DNA of 64,000 bases, from assembly GCA_016933575.1 (NCBI GenBank), contig JAFGAR010000146.1, positions 50,130-114,129 on the forward strand. The letters are read 5' to 3'. The notes beneath the pieces are model-generated. The model did not search any database, was not told the origin of the DNA, and was given only the letters and a program-made list of their open reading frames with translations. Below, piece after piece: positions 38,874 to 48,754 of this stretch. Positions within the stretch are counted from its first letter, which is position 1. The number at the start of each line of letters is the position of its first letter. Source of the stretch: Candidatus Thorarchaeota archaeon (GTDB lineage Archaea; Asgardarchaeota; Thorarchaeia; Thorarchaeales; Thorarchaeaceae). Position numbers and translations under genes: made by a program.

Positions 38874-39301
38874 ACATTCAACAGATTCAGTCCAGTCAGC
38901 TCATCGCGTTCTCGCTCTATTACCGGGAATTCAGTGATAATTGCCTCGATTGTGACCGAAACCTCACATCCTTCTAAAAGGTGTCCACCATAACATTTTC
39001 CTTTCTCATCTGATGCTACGACATGTGCATGAACTACATACCCATCCTTGTGTTTCGAAATGTTGCCCATGCATGAAACGATCTCAAGATCCTCTAGCAT
39101 AGTATAGTCCTTGTAGGTCTTTGATTCTCTATCGAAGTAACCAAGATGAACCCGTGATACTGCTCCTATCAATCTCAATTCGCCTGATAGTATTTCATTA
39201 TCTCGGGATATTGTTTCGATGGAGCGAAGTATGTCTTCTCCGGGCTCGAGACGAGCGATTACGACTCTCCCAGTTGTTTTAGTTACAAGAGTACGAACCA
39301 T
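38870..39301 (-). CDS. PPC/DUF296 domain protein
   Basis: RLEPGED, IGAV, EIVS..GNI, VHAH, GGHL. Confidence 0.92.
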   Translation of the reverse strand: MVRTLVTKTTGRVVIARLEPGEDILRSIETISRDNEILSGELRLIGAVSRVHLGYFDRESKTYKDYTMLEDLEIVSCMGNISKHKDGYVVHAHVVASDEKGKCYGGHLLEGCEVSVTIEAIITEFPVIERERDELTGLNLLNV

Positions 39302-39395
39302 AACAATGAAGACATCACGGTAACTAATGAATGACTCGGAGCTATTTGTGTAATGGGAAGTGCTTATCTATGGTATTCAATCATTAAAAGTGTGG

Positions 39396-42230
39396 ATGGC
39401 CTTGGTGAAGGACGAAAACCCCCTTGATGAAAATCAGTCTTCATTGGAGGATTATCTCAGATTTGAAGAAGAAGGTCCCTCTTCCTCAGAATCTACTACA
39501 CAAGTAGATGAAGAGATATCTAAACCGATACCGGAGGTAGAAGACACTCCGAATCCTACTTCTTCTAATGCATTAGTTGAAGAGGGCTCTGAAAATGAGG
39601 ATGAAGAGATTCTTGATGATAATGAGGAAGAGGTCATAAGTGACATTTCTATTGGAGCCCAAGATACTCCTCAAAATCTCCCACCATCTTTTCTGCTCTC
39701 CATAGACTATTCCGGGCCTCTGAACAAGGCAATTGCTCGTCTCTATGAACCAAAATCAAAGAGAATCTATTTCTGGGAGGATAATACTGGCCACAAACCC
39801 TACCTGTATACCGATTGGCCTGCTCAAATGGTCGAATCCAAGACGCGGAGAAATCCCGGATTTATTAAGACCGAAACTGTGGATCTTCACGATCTTCTGC
39901 ATGACAAACCTGTAACGATGACCAAGCTCATTGGAGATAATCCCCTCGCTATTGGTGGTGGGAATGACTCCATGAGAAATGTCCTCAAAGACAATAGTGG
40001 AGTTAGTCATGCATGGGAAGCAAATATTCGGTACCATCTCTGTTACACTTATGATACAGAATTAGTCCCAGGACTGATGTATAAGATCGAGAATGGTGAC
40101 CTCATTCCTTGTCCTCCCGATGTTGATAGAAAGACCCTCGAAGAATTCAAGGATACTATCGCCAAAGAGAAGGGACTCGAATCAATCATATCCACCTACT
40201 CACCTATGTTCTTCACAACAGTACCTGACATTAAAAGACTCGCAGTGGATATTGAAGTCTATACGCCTGTGGTAAACAGAATTCCAGATACCCGTGCTGC
40301 TCAACAACCTGTCACTGCAATAGGTCTCTCAGACAATGAGGGCTACAACAAGTGCTTCGTATTACGTCGGAAAGGTATGGACTCCGGTGAGAAGGGAAAG
40401 GACTTCCCGAAGGAACTTGAAATCGTCTATTATGATGATGAATCTGAGATGTTAGTCGAGGCTTTCAAGATTATTGACAGTTATCCAATTGTTCTGACAT
40501 TTGTTGGCGATTCATTTGACCTCAAATATCTGTACAACCGTGCTAAGGCACTACGGATAGACTTGGACCGTTATTGCCCAATTGTAATCCGTGGCAATCA
40601 AGACCCAAGAAGAGAACAAGCCAATCTGAAACGCGGAATCCATGTTGACATGTACAAATTCTTTGGCAATCCCTCCATCAAGATCTACGCATTATCTGGT
40701 GCATATCAACGCGAGAATCTCGATACAATTGCAGCGGGTATTCTTGGTGTTGGAAAACTTGCCCTCAGCGACAATATCTCCAATCTGTCTTACTATGAAC
40801 TTGCCCATTATTGCTGGTTAGATGCTAATCTTGTTCTCCGTTTTACCGAATATGAACACAATCTTCTCCTACGTCTTATGGTGCTTCTCATGCGTATCTC
40901 GCGTATGTCGTTGGGTGAAGTAACACGATTCTACATTTCCTCTTGGATTCAGTCGCTCTTTCGTCAGGAGCATAGGTCAAAGAAGTATCTTCTCCCCCGT
41001 CGTGTTGATATTGACACAATGAAACAGCCAGATGCCCAGACTGAGGCAATGATTGGCGGCAAGGCATTCAAAGGAGCAATCGTCATTGAACCAGTTGCTG
41101 GAGTACACTTTGATGCAACAGTTCTGGACTTTGCCAGTCTATATCCAACTATTATGAAAGCCCACAACATCAGCTATGAAACAATCGACTGCCCCCATGA
41201 GGAATGCAGAACAGCTGGCGATAACAGAGTTCCTGAGACCGATCATTGGATATGTAAGAAGAATCGCGGAATGATTAGTCAAACGATTGGATTCTTCAGA
41301 GATACTCGAGTTAATTGGTTCAAACCGAAGAGTAAAGACAAGAAACTGGATGAGGCTACTCGTAACTGGTATTCTGTAGTAGAGAAGGCTCTCAAGGTGT
41401 TCGTCAATGCATCCTATGGGGTAACCGGAGCGCAGCACTTTGAGCTTTTCTGTATGCCTGCAGCAGAGAGTGTGACTGCCTTCGGCCGTGATGCAATTAT
41501 TCGTACAAAAGCAAAGTCCGAAGCCATGGGAATTAGAGTTCTCTATGGCGATACAGACTCAGTCTTCCTAGATAATCCAACCCCTGAACAACAGAAGGAA
41601 CTTGTAAAATGGTCCCGAGAGGTATTAGGAATTGACCTTGAAGTTGAGAAGACATACAAGTATGTAGCGCTCTCTGACCGGAAAAAGAACTACATTGGAG
41701 TGTACAAAGACGGTCGCGTTGAGGTCAAGGGTCTCAGTGGCAAGAAACGCAACACACCAGATTTTGCACAAGAAGCATTTCGAAAGATGCTGGAAGTACT
41801 TAGTCGTGTTGATGATGCAGAAGGTTTTGAAGCTGCTAAGGATGAAATCCGTGAGATTGTCAATTGTGTGATTGATAGGCTCGAAGGAAAAACGGAGGAG
41901 TACTCTCCCTCAGAACTTGCATACCGAATTCAGCTAACTAAACGACTATCTGACTATCCCACTGATACTCCTCATGTACGTGCTGCTAAGATGTTAGTTG
42001 AGAAGACAAATGACCCAAACAAAGTTCAACCTGGAACAATTATTGAATTCATTCGTGTAAAAGGTCAAGGCGGAGTCATTCCAGTAGAGATCGCAAAAGA
42101 TGTGTCCTACTATATCGATAAGGACACCTACATTGATATTCTCAAGAGTGTTTTCGAACAAGTTCTTGATTCTGTAGGTCTCGATTTTAATGAATTTCTT
42201 GGTTTTACCACACTGGATAAGTTCTTCTAG
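39396..42230 (+). CDS. polB: Family B DNA polymerase (PolB1-like) with acidic disordered N-terminal extension
   Basis: DNTGHKPY, DIEV (ExoI), FD (ExoII), DFASLYP, K.FVNASYG, YGDTDS, KKNY. Confidence 0.95.
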   Translation: MALVKDENPLDENQSSLEDYLRFEEEGPSSSESTTQVDEEISKPIPEVEDTPNPTSSNALVEEGSENEDEEILDDNEEEVISDISIGAQDTPQNLPPSFLLSIDYSGPLNKAIARLYEPKSKRIYFWEDNTGHKPYLYTDWPAQMVESKTRRNPGFIKTETVDLHDLLHDKPVTMTKLIGDNPLAIGGGNDSMRNVLKDNSGVSHAWEANIRYHLCYTYDTELVPGLMYKIENGDLIPCPPDVDRKTLEEFKDTIAKEKGLESIISTYSPMFFTTVPDIKRLAVDIEVYTPVVNRIPDTRAAQQPVTAIGLSDNEGYNKCFVLRRKGMDSGEKGKDFPKELEIVYYDDESEMLVEAFKIIDSYPIVLTFVGDSFDLKYLYNRAKALRIDLDRYCPIVIRGNQDPRREQANLKRGIHVDMYKFFGNPSIKIYALSGAYQRENLDTIAAGILGVGKLALSDNISNLSYYELAHYCWLDANLVLRFTEYEHNLLLRLMVLLMRISRMSLGEVTRFYISSWIQSLFRQEHRSKKYLLPRRVDIDTMKQPDAQTEAMIGGKAFKGAIVIEPVAGVHFDATVLDFASLYPTIMKAHNISYETIDCPHEECRTAGDNRVPETDHWICKKNRGMISQTIGFFRDTRVNWFKPKSKDKKLDEATRNWYSVVEKALKVFVNASYGVTGAQHFELFCMPAAESVTAFGRDAIIRTKAKSEAMGIRVLYGDTDSVFLDNPTPEQQKELVKWSREVLGIDLEVEKTYKYVALSDRKKNYIGVYKDGRVEVKGLSGKKRNTPDFAQEAFRKMLEVLSRVDDAEGFEAAKDEIREIVNCVIDRLEGKTEEYSPSELAYRIQLTKRLSDYPTDTPHVRAAKMLVEKTNDPNKVQPGTIIEFIRVKGQGGVIPVEIAKDVSYYIDKDTYIDILKSVFEQVLDSVGLDFNEFLGFTTLDKFF

Positions 42231-42338
42231 ACAAATAATTGTTAAAGGGTTCGAATAAGAAATTCTTATAGCCGTGACGAGCTACACCCAAGGGGACCAA
42301 GAGCCTGACCTCATGCACTATAGACGGGGTAAAAGATA

Positions 42339-43373
42339 ATGAAATTGAACTACCGCGAATTTTTCATGCAAAAGATGTTAATTATGTTCAAACCCGAAGA
42401 CATCGACATGTCTGCGAAGGACTTCATCTCAACCTATGCATCGTATATGGAGGATGTTGGCATCGTTGGAAAAGGTCCTGATGGTTATGCATTCTACCCC
42501 AGCAAAACGGCTCCAGTGAGAAAAGAACATACTGCCTTTTTCGAGGAATGGGTTCGTCTCACTGATGCTCTGGAGATTCATGGTGTGGTTGGACTTGATA
42601 TGTATACAGATGGTTGGTTCGCACGAGATCCCAAATATCAGACCATGAACGACAAGGGCGTCAAGATGGAACATCAAATCTGCCCCAATCGCAGCGAGTT
42701 CTGGCAATATGGTGCTGAGATTGTAAAGGAGATCGGGTCTTACCCAATTGATGAAATCCTTCTCTTCGGTTCCGGATTTATTCGCGATCAGTTCTGTTTC
42801 TGTGAACGATGCAGAAAGGAGTTTGCGCCTCTTGTTGATCAAGAACCAAACAGATTGACCTACCAATACATAACTGAAAATCCTGAATACCATGAGAAGT
42901 GGCATCAATTTCGGAGCGATAAGGTCCACGAGGGATTGACCTATCTTCAAGAAGCAGCTGTGGAGTCTGATGATGCAACTGGGCGAGAGCAGCCATTGAA
43001 GATTTCGGTTGAGGTCCTGATGGATCCTGAAACTGGTCTCTCTGAAGGTGCAAAGAACGAGTACGGATATGATTATGTCCGAATTGGAGAAATCACCAAG
43101 AATGTGCTAATCAATCTCTTCCCATGGTCTCCAGTACTACCATCAAAAGGTTCGTCAGAATACAGTGAGCTCGTAGAATCTCTCTATTTTGTCAACGAGT
43201 TTACAAGACGCGGTGGAAGAGCCTCATTATTCAGATGGGGTGTGACTACAATTGAGCAGCTCCAAGAACTCAAGGCACTTGGTAAAGAAGTCGGCATAGA
43301 TCGTGTGGTTTCAACTTTCCATTATCCATCAGACTACTCACGCCGTCGAGAGAGTGCAATTGGTAACTACTAA
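42339..43373 (+). CDS. Hypothetical TIM-barrel protein, distantly glycoside-hydrolase-like, with a CxCxxC motif
   Basis: ICPN and FCFCERCRKEF motifs as seen in GHL/GH42-like barrels. Confidence 0.5.
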   Translation: MKLNYREFFMQKMLIMFKPEDIDMSAKDFISTYASYMEDVGIVGKGPDGYAFYPSKTAPVRKEHTAFFEEWVRLTDALEIHGVVGLDMYTDGWFARDPKYQTMNDKGVKMEHQICPNRSEFWQYGAEIVKEIGSYPIDEILLFGSGFIRDQFCFCERCRKEFAPLVDQEPNRLTYQYITENPEYHEKWHQFRSDKVHEGLTYLQEAAVESDDATGREQPLKISVEVLMDPETGLSEGAKNEYGYDYVRIGEITKNVLINLFPWSPVLPSKGSSEYSELVESLYFVNEFTRRGGRASLFRWGVTTIEQLQELKALGKEVGIDRVVSTFHYPSDYSRRRESAIGNY

Positions 43374-43382
43374 GTGCAGTAA

Positions 43383-44246
43383 TTACTGTCGTGCTCCGCA
43401 ATAGGGGCATACTCTATTGCTCTTCCTGATATTTCGACCACATGAAAAACAGAACATCTGTTCCTGATTATCCTCTCTTGCATCATCAAGGAAGGGGCTT
43501 AGCTCTCCTTGGGCGAATAGAGCTCCAATTCCATCGACAGACTCATCCCGTTGAATGTTACAAACACTACAACTAAGGTCGTCCTTTGTTGGAACTGCAC
43601 CTTGTAAATCTGCATAGATATCCCTGCTCTCTCGATCTTCTCTCTCCTGGTTCTGAGGTGGATATCTATCATCACGACTCTGAGGCCAATTAGTGAGTCT
43701 CCCATCAAATGGTTCCTCTCTTTTATCCATACTTCTACCTAACGATTCAAAGTCACGCCGGTAATCATCGGAACCATACCCATAATCTACAGCTGGTCTA
43801 TTGGCTATTCGTTCACGTGAAGTCTGAGTGTCCCACTGGGAGTCCTCTGTACCAATCCCACGAGCAGTTTCAACAAATCTGAAATGGGCATCTCTCTTCA
43901 GACTCTCGTATTCCTCTGGTGTAAGACCCAGAACCTCAAGAGCACGGTCTCTCTCGGCACACCTTTTTGATAGTGGGCAGCAATAGGATAAGCTTCCGTG
44001 GCAGAGGGAAGCCATCGCTCGATCTTGACGTGACTTGAAGATAGGTGTAATTCGTTTACTACCCAATACAATCGAGTCTCCCACAGATCGGAGTTCAGCA
44101 TACCCACTCTGAGCAAGAGCTTCGATTAGTTCTCTTGCAGGATATGCTCTACCTTCAATTACGATATGTCCTTCTGTCTTATCGAGTCTAACAGGTCTCT
44201 CCGTAGCCTTATCCCCTTCGTAGGAAGAATATCTCGTCTTTGCCAC
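43383..44246 (-). CDS. Protein with a methanogenesis-marker-9-like Cys motif and C-terminal zinc ribbon
   Basis: CHGSLSYCC..SK.C..RD.AL..LGLTPEEY..LK; C-terminal CFSCG......CPYCG. Confidence 0.65.
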   Translation of the reverse strand: MAKTRYSSYEGDKATERPVRLDKTEGHIVIEGRAYPARELIEALAQSGYAELRSVGDSIVLGSKRITPIFKSRQDRAMASLCHGSLSYCCPLSKRCAERDRALEVLGLTPEEYESLKRDAHFRFVETARGIGTEDSQWDTQTSRERIANRPAVDYGYGSDDYRRDFESLGRSMDKREEPFDGRLTNWPQSRDDRYPPQNQEREDRESRDIYADLQGAVPTKDDLSCSVCNIQRDESVDGIGALFAQGELSPFLDDAREDNQEQMFCFSCGRNIRKSNRVCPYCGARQ

Positions 44247-44399
44247 CTCTGTGTAGAATTGCTGTCATATGTGCATGACCTCCAAACAATACAATGGTAT
44301 GTATTACCTCGGGAAGTATGGATTCGGGATACTTTAATACTCATTAGCATTCTACTCAAGACAGAATTGGGACAGTGGTTCCAAGGAGGACAAATAACA

Positions 44400-44771
44400 A
44401 TGGGTTGTAAAGCTGAAGGCGCTGCTCAAGGTTACACTATCCTTGGTGGTATCGTACTCATACTCTCTGCACTGCAAAGAATTATCAACAACATGAATTC
44501 ACCTGGACCTGGCACTGTTGAAGGTATCATGCAAATTGTCCTAGGTATTGTTCTACTGGTCGTAGTCTTATTGGCATTTGATGCATGTGGTTTTGTCTAT
44601 TGGAAACTGCGACGTTCTGGTGCTCTACTTGCGTTATTTGGATTCATAGCTATCTTGATAGTTTCATGGCCTGGTATCACATTAGACATTCTTGGATGGT
44701 TACAGAGTCTTGATACACTGGCAGGATTCATGATACTAATCGCTGGTTTACTGCTTCTAGTAAGCAAATAG
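44400..44771 (+). CDS. Small 4-TM membrane protein
   Basis: GGAGG RBS before ATG 44400; hydrophobic helices. Confidence 0.75.
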   Translation: MGCKAEGAAQGYTILGGIVLILSALQRIINNMNSPGPGTVEGIMQIVLGIVLLVVVLLAFDACGFVYWKLRRSGALLALFGFIAILIVSWPGITLDILGWLQSLDTLAGFMILIAGLLLLVSK

Positions 44772-44809
44772 ATTGTTCCAAAATCAACGCTCACATAGGA
44801 AATTAAATA

Positions 44810-44829
44810 ATGGAGCAAGTATGCTCCAT
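44810..44829. promoter_or_regulatory. Palindrome immediately downstream of a TATA-like box upstream of the aminotransferase
   Basis: ATTAAATA at 44802-44809, then ATGGAGCA-AGTA-TGCTCCAT. Confidence 0.45.
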
Positions 44830-44857
44830 GACCTGTCAATCACTGGACCGTATCAAT

Positions 44858-46204
44858 ATGGATGAAAAACATATCAAGATCCTTAAGGATCTCGGATTTG
44901 ATATCAGTCAAAAAGATCTGACTAATGATTATTGGAAGAAGCGTGCAGCTGAGGCTTTAGCGCTTACTACTCAAGATAGAGACGTGTATGGTTGTCTTGA
45001 TCACACTGTTGGAGAAGGCGTCCGTATCTTTGATATAGAAGGTACGGAATACCTTGATGTCACTGGTGGTGTGGCTGTTCGAGCTCTGGGACTACGATAC
45101 AAGCCGTATCATGATTTTGAAGCAAGTATCAATGATGTAGTCCACGAACTTCCTGGAATGGACTTTGATGCCATTCCTCAGACTCTTCTTGCTGAACGTG
45201 TTGCTGGAATTACCCCGGGAAATCACAAGAAACGAGTTATATTCACAACATCAGGTGGTCGTGCAGTCGAGGGATGCATGAAGTCTGCAATGGATCTTAC
45301 TGGTCGACGACGATTTGTCGCATTTCGACCAGCTTTCCATGGTAGAACTGGCTATGCATTGGCTCTCACATCATCCAACTCAAAGCACAAGTCTGGCTTT
45401 CCACAAGGTGTGGACGTCATTCGTGTCTTCTATCCCTATTGCTATAGATGCCCCTATGGCACGACTGAGGAAGATTGTAGCTTGGAGTGTGTTGAGGCAC
45501 TAAGATATGCCCTTGAGGTTGAGGGGAATGATATCGCTGCAACTGTCATGGAACCACTCTGTGGTGAGGGTGGTCTCATCGTACCTCCCGCAAAAGCAGT
45601 GAAGGGTATCTATGACCTCACGAAGGAAATCGGTGCTTACTTTATGTCTGATGAGGTACAGGCTGGCATGGGTAGGACTGGTAAGTGGTGTGCAATTGAG
45701 AACCATGGTGTTGTTCCAGATTATATCTCAATGGGCAAAGCGATTGGTGGTGGCTATCCAATGGGTGCCTCAATTGGTCCTGCTCCTATGTTCACAGGTG
45801 GTGCTCGCCATTCAGAGACTTTCTCTGCTGAGCCAAAGATGTCTCTGCTCTCCCTTTGGATATTCAAACATCTAGAGGATGGTGAATATCTGAAGAAGAA
45901 TGTGGAGAATGGTGAGTATCTCAAGAAGCGTTTCAACGAATTGAAGGACAAGTATGAGGTCATTGGAGATGTTCGTGGGTTAGGTCTCATGATCGGTATG
46001 GAGATTGTCAAAGACAAGAAGACTAAGGAAAAGGCAAGAAAGCTCAGGGATAGTATTGTGAAGAATGCTGTGCAGAAACAGAAGCTCTGGGTCTTAGGAG
46101 CCGGTCAGAATGTCATCAGATTTACTCCCAGCTATATCATTACAAGAGAGAACATCGATGATGTGACCGATCGTCTTGACAAGGCTATAAGAGAAGAAAT
46201 GTGA
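44858..46204 (+). CDS. Class III PLP-dependent aminotransferase (GABA/ornithine-type)
   Basis: YLD..GG, AFHGRT, EP..GEGG, DEVQAGMGRTG, MGKAIGGG, VRGLGLMIG. Confidence 0.92.
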   Translation: MDEKHIKILKDLGFDISQKDLTNDYWKKRAAEALALTTQDRDVYGCLDHTVGEGVRIFDIEGTEYLDVTGGVAVRALGLRYKPYHDFEASINDVVHELPGMDFDAIPQTLLAERVAGITPGNHKKRVIFTTSGGRAVEGCMKSAMDLTGRRRFVAFRPAFHGRTGYALALTSSNSKHKSGFPQGVDVIRVFYPYCYRCPYGTTEEDCSLECVEALRYALEVEGNDIAATVMEPLCGEGGLIVPPAKAVKGIYDLTKEIGAYFMSDEVQAGMGRTGKWCAIENHGVVPDYISMGKAIGGGYPMGASIGPAPMFTGGARHSETFSAEPKMSLLSLWIFKHLEDGEYLKKNVENGEYLKKRFNELKDKYEVIGDVRGLGLMIGMEIVKDKKTKEKARKLRDSIVKNAVQKQKLWVLGAGQNVIRFTPSYIITRENIDDVTDRLDKAIREEM

Positions 46205-46209
46205 TTTTT

Positions 46210-46260
46210 AAAAAAAGAGAAGATGCTCAACACTTTGCAAGTGCTGAGCACTTATTCTCT
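46210..46260 (-). terminator. Imperfect hairpin plus U-tract between convergent genes
   Basis: TGCTCAACACTT-TGC-AAGTGCTGAGCA stem; the A-run at 46210-46216 gives poly-U on the minus strand. Confidence 0.5.
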
Positions 46261-46588
46261 ATTTGAATAGCAGTAAAATCGCGCCAATGATGACTAGTGC
46301 GCCGCCAAGCCCGCTAGCAAAGAGGTACATGAGAATACCCATAATGAGTATAATCAACCATTTGTTGCTAAACTCCAAGGCTTTGATCTTGATAGTACCA
46401 CTGTTCACTAGTGCAATTAGTGAAAATAGAATTCCAAGAATTCCTGTTATTAGACCACCCAATCCGAAACTCACATAGGGTAGGAAGGCAAGATAAGGTA
46501 ATCCCAATATAGTCAGGATACCTTCAATCAAACCAACAATACCACCGATGAGAATCAATAGGTCTCCAATTTTATTCAGATCTGACAT
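46259..46588 (-). CDS. Small Gly-rich 4-TM membrane protein
   Basis: AGGAG RBS; MSDLNKIGDLLILIGGIV...GALVIIGAILLLFK. Confidence 0.75.
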   Translation of the reverse strand: MSDLNKIGDLLILIGGIVGLIEGILTILGLPYLAFLPYVSFGLGGLITGILGILFSLIALVNSGTIKIKALEFSNKWLIILIMGILMYLFASGLGGALVIIGAILLLFK

Positions 46589-46918
46589 TATTTCAATACT
46601 CTCCTTTTTCTTGAGAAATTGATTCCTAATCAAACCATATATTGGTGCCTTAGAGATGTACGCAATAATTAGATTGTTATCAAGTAATTGCTTCGTGCAT
46701 ATCGCAGGCGTTGTTTATTGGTGGTTGATAAGAATCGTAGAAGACCAACGTTGCGCTTCTATATACATATATCGCAAAAAATGGTTTTCCAACGACGTTT
46801 GCCGTTTTTTATGATTTTAACGTTCTATCCTTTAAACTCAAACTCATGCAGTGGAAACGGCGAGCTTATAATCTCCATTCTTCATTGGTTGGTCAAATAG
46901 TTTGGAGTCTTCTGAATC

Positions 46919-48268
46919 ATGGTGCGTCCGATATCGAATGATACTAGTTCTGATATCCACCAAGAGAATGATGCTCCTCTGGAATTCATTGGTGATATTG
47001 ATTCATCACTTGAGATACCTGATGGTGCTGATATCCTCATTGTCAGTAAGGATCAATCCTATCTGACTCATGGTATTCACAAATTTCCAGCGAAGTTCTT
47101 CCCAGAATTGCCGCGTTATCTAATACAAAGATATTCTGAAGTCAATGATACAATCTTAGACCCTATGTGTGGAAGTGGCACTACTATTCTTGAAGCTGCA
47201 TTGTGTAGAAGGAAAAGTATCGGTATTGATATCGATTCTATTGCTCGTCTTATTACTCACGTTAAGACAACACCTATTGACCCAGCAATCCTTGAGAATA
47301 TAATTACCTCCTTGACCCAACAAATCCAGAAATATTCATTGAGTAGTGAGTATCATCCAGAAATTCCTGTTTTTAATTATCGAGATAATTGGTTCAGGCC
47401 TCATGTTCTGAGCGAACTCTGTATAATCCGGGACTGTATAGAATCACTTCCCGAGGTTCATGATGTCTATTCGGTCCATGAGTGGTCAGACATTCGTGAT
47501 TTTTTTCGGATTGCCATGTCCTCTATAATCCGTGATGTCTCCAATGCTGATCCTCATTGCACAAGAACCGTGCTCCGAAAGAAGGTAATCAAGAAGATAG
47601 ATCCTGGTGATACAATCTCTAAGTTCCTAGTTGCTCTATTCGAACAAGCTAAAGCAATGAAGGATCTATGGTCCGTATACTCCTCGATGAAGAACTGGGA
47701 GGTTTCAATACCTGAAGGAACTGCTACAAACACTGGACTTACTGATGCATCTGTTGATCTTGTTGTTACCTCACCCCCTTACATAAACGCAGTCGACTAT
47801 CCCCGGACACATCAATTAGAGATGTATTGGTTGGGTTTTCTTGGCGATGAATCTCTCTCTACAGTCAAGAGAAAGTACATTGGCACTGAGACCGTCTACA
47901 AGCGGGAATACAGCGAGCTTAGTGTATCCGGTCTAGATTCTCTTGATCCTGTTCTTAAAGAGATCTTTAAACAAGATCCGCGTCGATCATTTATCACGTA
48001 CATGTTCTTCAGAGATATGGAAACCCAGCTTCGAGAAACAATGAGAGTCTTAAAGCCTGGCGGAAGGTATTGTATTGCGATTGGAAGTAATCTCATCAGA
48101 GGAGTTCAAGTCAAGAGCCATGAGATACTCTCCGAGATATCCACAGTAAATGTTGGCTTTGAATTGGAACGAACCTTCTTCTCAAAACTGATTCGTCACT
48201 TTATTCGAATCCCTCGTAAAGAGCGAATGCTTGGTGAATGGATACTGATTCTGAAAAAACCATCTTAA
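46919..48268 (+). CDS. Solitary DNA amino-methyltransferase (N4-cytosine-type motif)
   Basis: HKFPAKF, DPMCGSGTT (SAM binding) before TSPPY (catalytic), RVLKPGG. Confidence 0.85.
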   Translation: MVRPISNDTSSDIHQENDAPLEFIGDIDSSLEIPDGADILIVSKDQSYLTHGIHKFPAKFFPELPRYLIQRYSEVNDTILDPMCGSGTTILEAALCRRKSIGIDIDSIARLITHVKTTPIDPAILENIITSLTQQIQKYSLSSEYHPEIPVFNYRDNWFRPHVLSELCIIRDCIESLPEVHDVYSVHEWSDIRDFFRIAMSSIIRDVSNADPHCTRTVLRKKVIKKIDPGDTISKFLVALFEQAKAMKDLWSVYSSMKNWEVSIPEGTATNTGLTDASVDLVVTSPPYINAVDYPRTHQLEMYWLGFLGDESLSTVKRKYIGTETVYKREYSELSVSGLDSLDPVLKEIFKQDPRRSFITYMFFRDMETQLRETMRVLKPGGRYCIAIGSNLIRGVQVKSHEILSEISTVNVGFELERTFFSKLIRHFIRIPRKERMLGEWILILKKPS

Positions 48269-48338
48269 GCACTGCAATGCCAAGGCTTATCAGTGGATAC
48301 GCTCCACCAACGCAAAAACAAATGGAGGTAAAAAACAC

Positions 48339-48597
48339 ATGGCAATAATCTATAGGTGGGATCACGTTTGCCAGACGCTCGTTTCTATCACTACCTCCTT
48401 CTGCGAAATTCCTCTACGTGCTTCTTAAGAGTAGGCGCCGGATGACCAGGCAAGACTTGATAAGCACAACATATCTGCCTCCCAGAACAGTCAATTATGG
48501 CCTTAGTCGGCTTAAGGCATTAGGACTTATCAGAGAAGCAGAGCATCACGAGGATGCGCGGGAGCGGGTCTACGAGCTAGTTCAGGCGCCAATGTGA
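48339..48597 (+). pseudogene. Frameshifted winged-helix (MarR-like, LPPSAK-type) regulator, not in the ORF track
   Basis: GGAGGT RBS and ATG at 48339 in one frame; the +1 frame (48349-48597) reads SIGGITFARRSFLSLPPSAKFLYVLLKSRRRMTRQDLISTTYLPPRTVNYGLSRLKALGLIREAEHHEDARERVYELVQAPM*. Confidence 0.75.
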
Positions 48598-48754
48598 TTT
48601 CAAGGACTCAAACAACCTTCAGACACAAGTGAATGCATATACCAAGATTTGAATCTGGTCACTATCAAGGTAAAGAGTTATATCAATTCCAGCATGATGT
48701 CCTTTGTCTTCACCATAGAGTGAAGATAATCGTGAAAAATATTGGAGGAATTGA

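Noticed and set aside
46848-46862. CAGTGGAAAC resembling an ORB origin box
   Set aside because: Single partial copy with no G-string and no orc1/cdc6 gene in the window
46919-48268. Methyltransferase as part of a restriction-modification system or of the peptide cluster
   Set aside because: No endonuclease is adjacent, and the SPPY motif indicates a nucleic-acid rather than peptide substrate; linkage is unsupported
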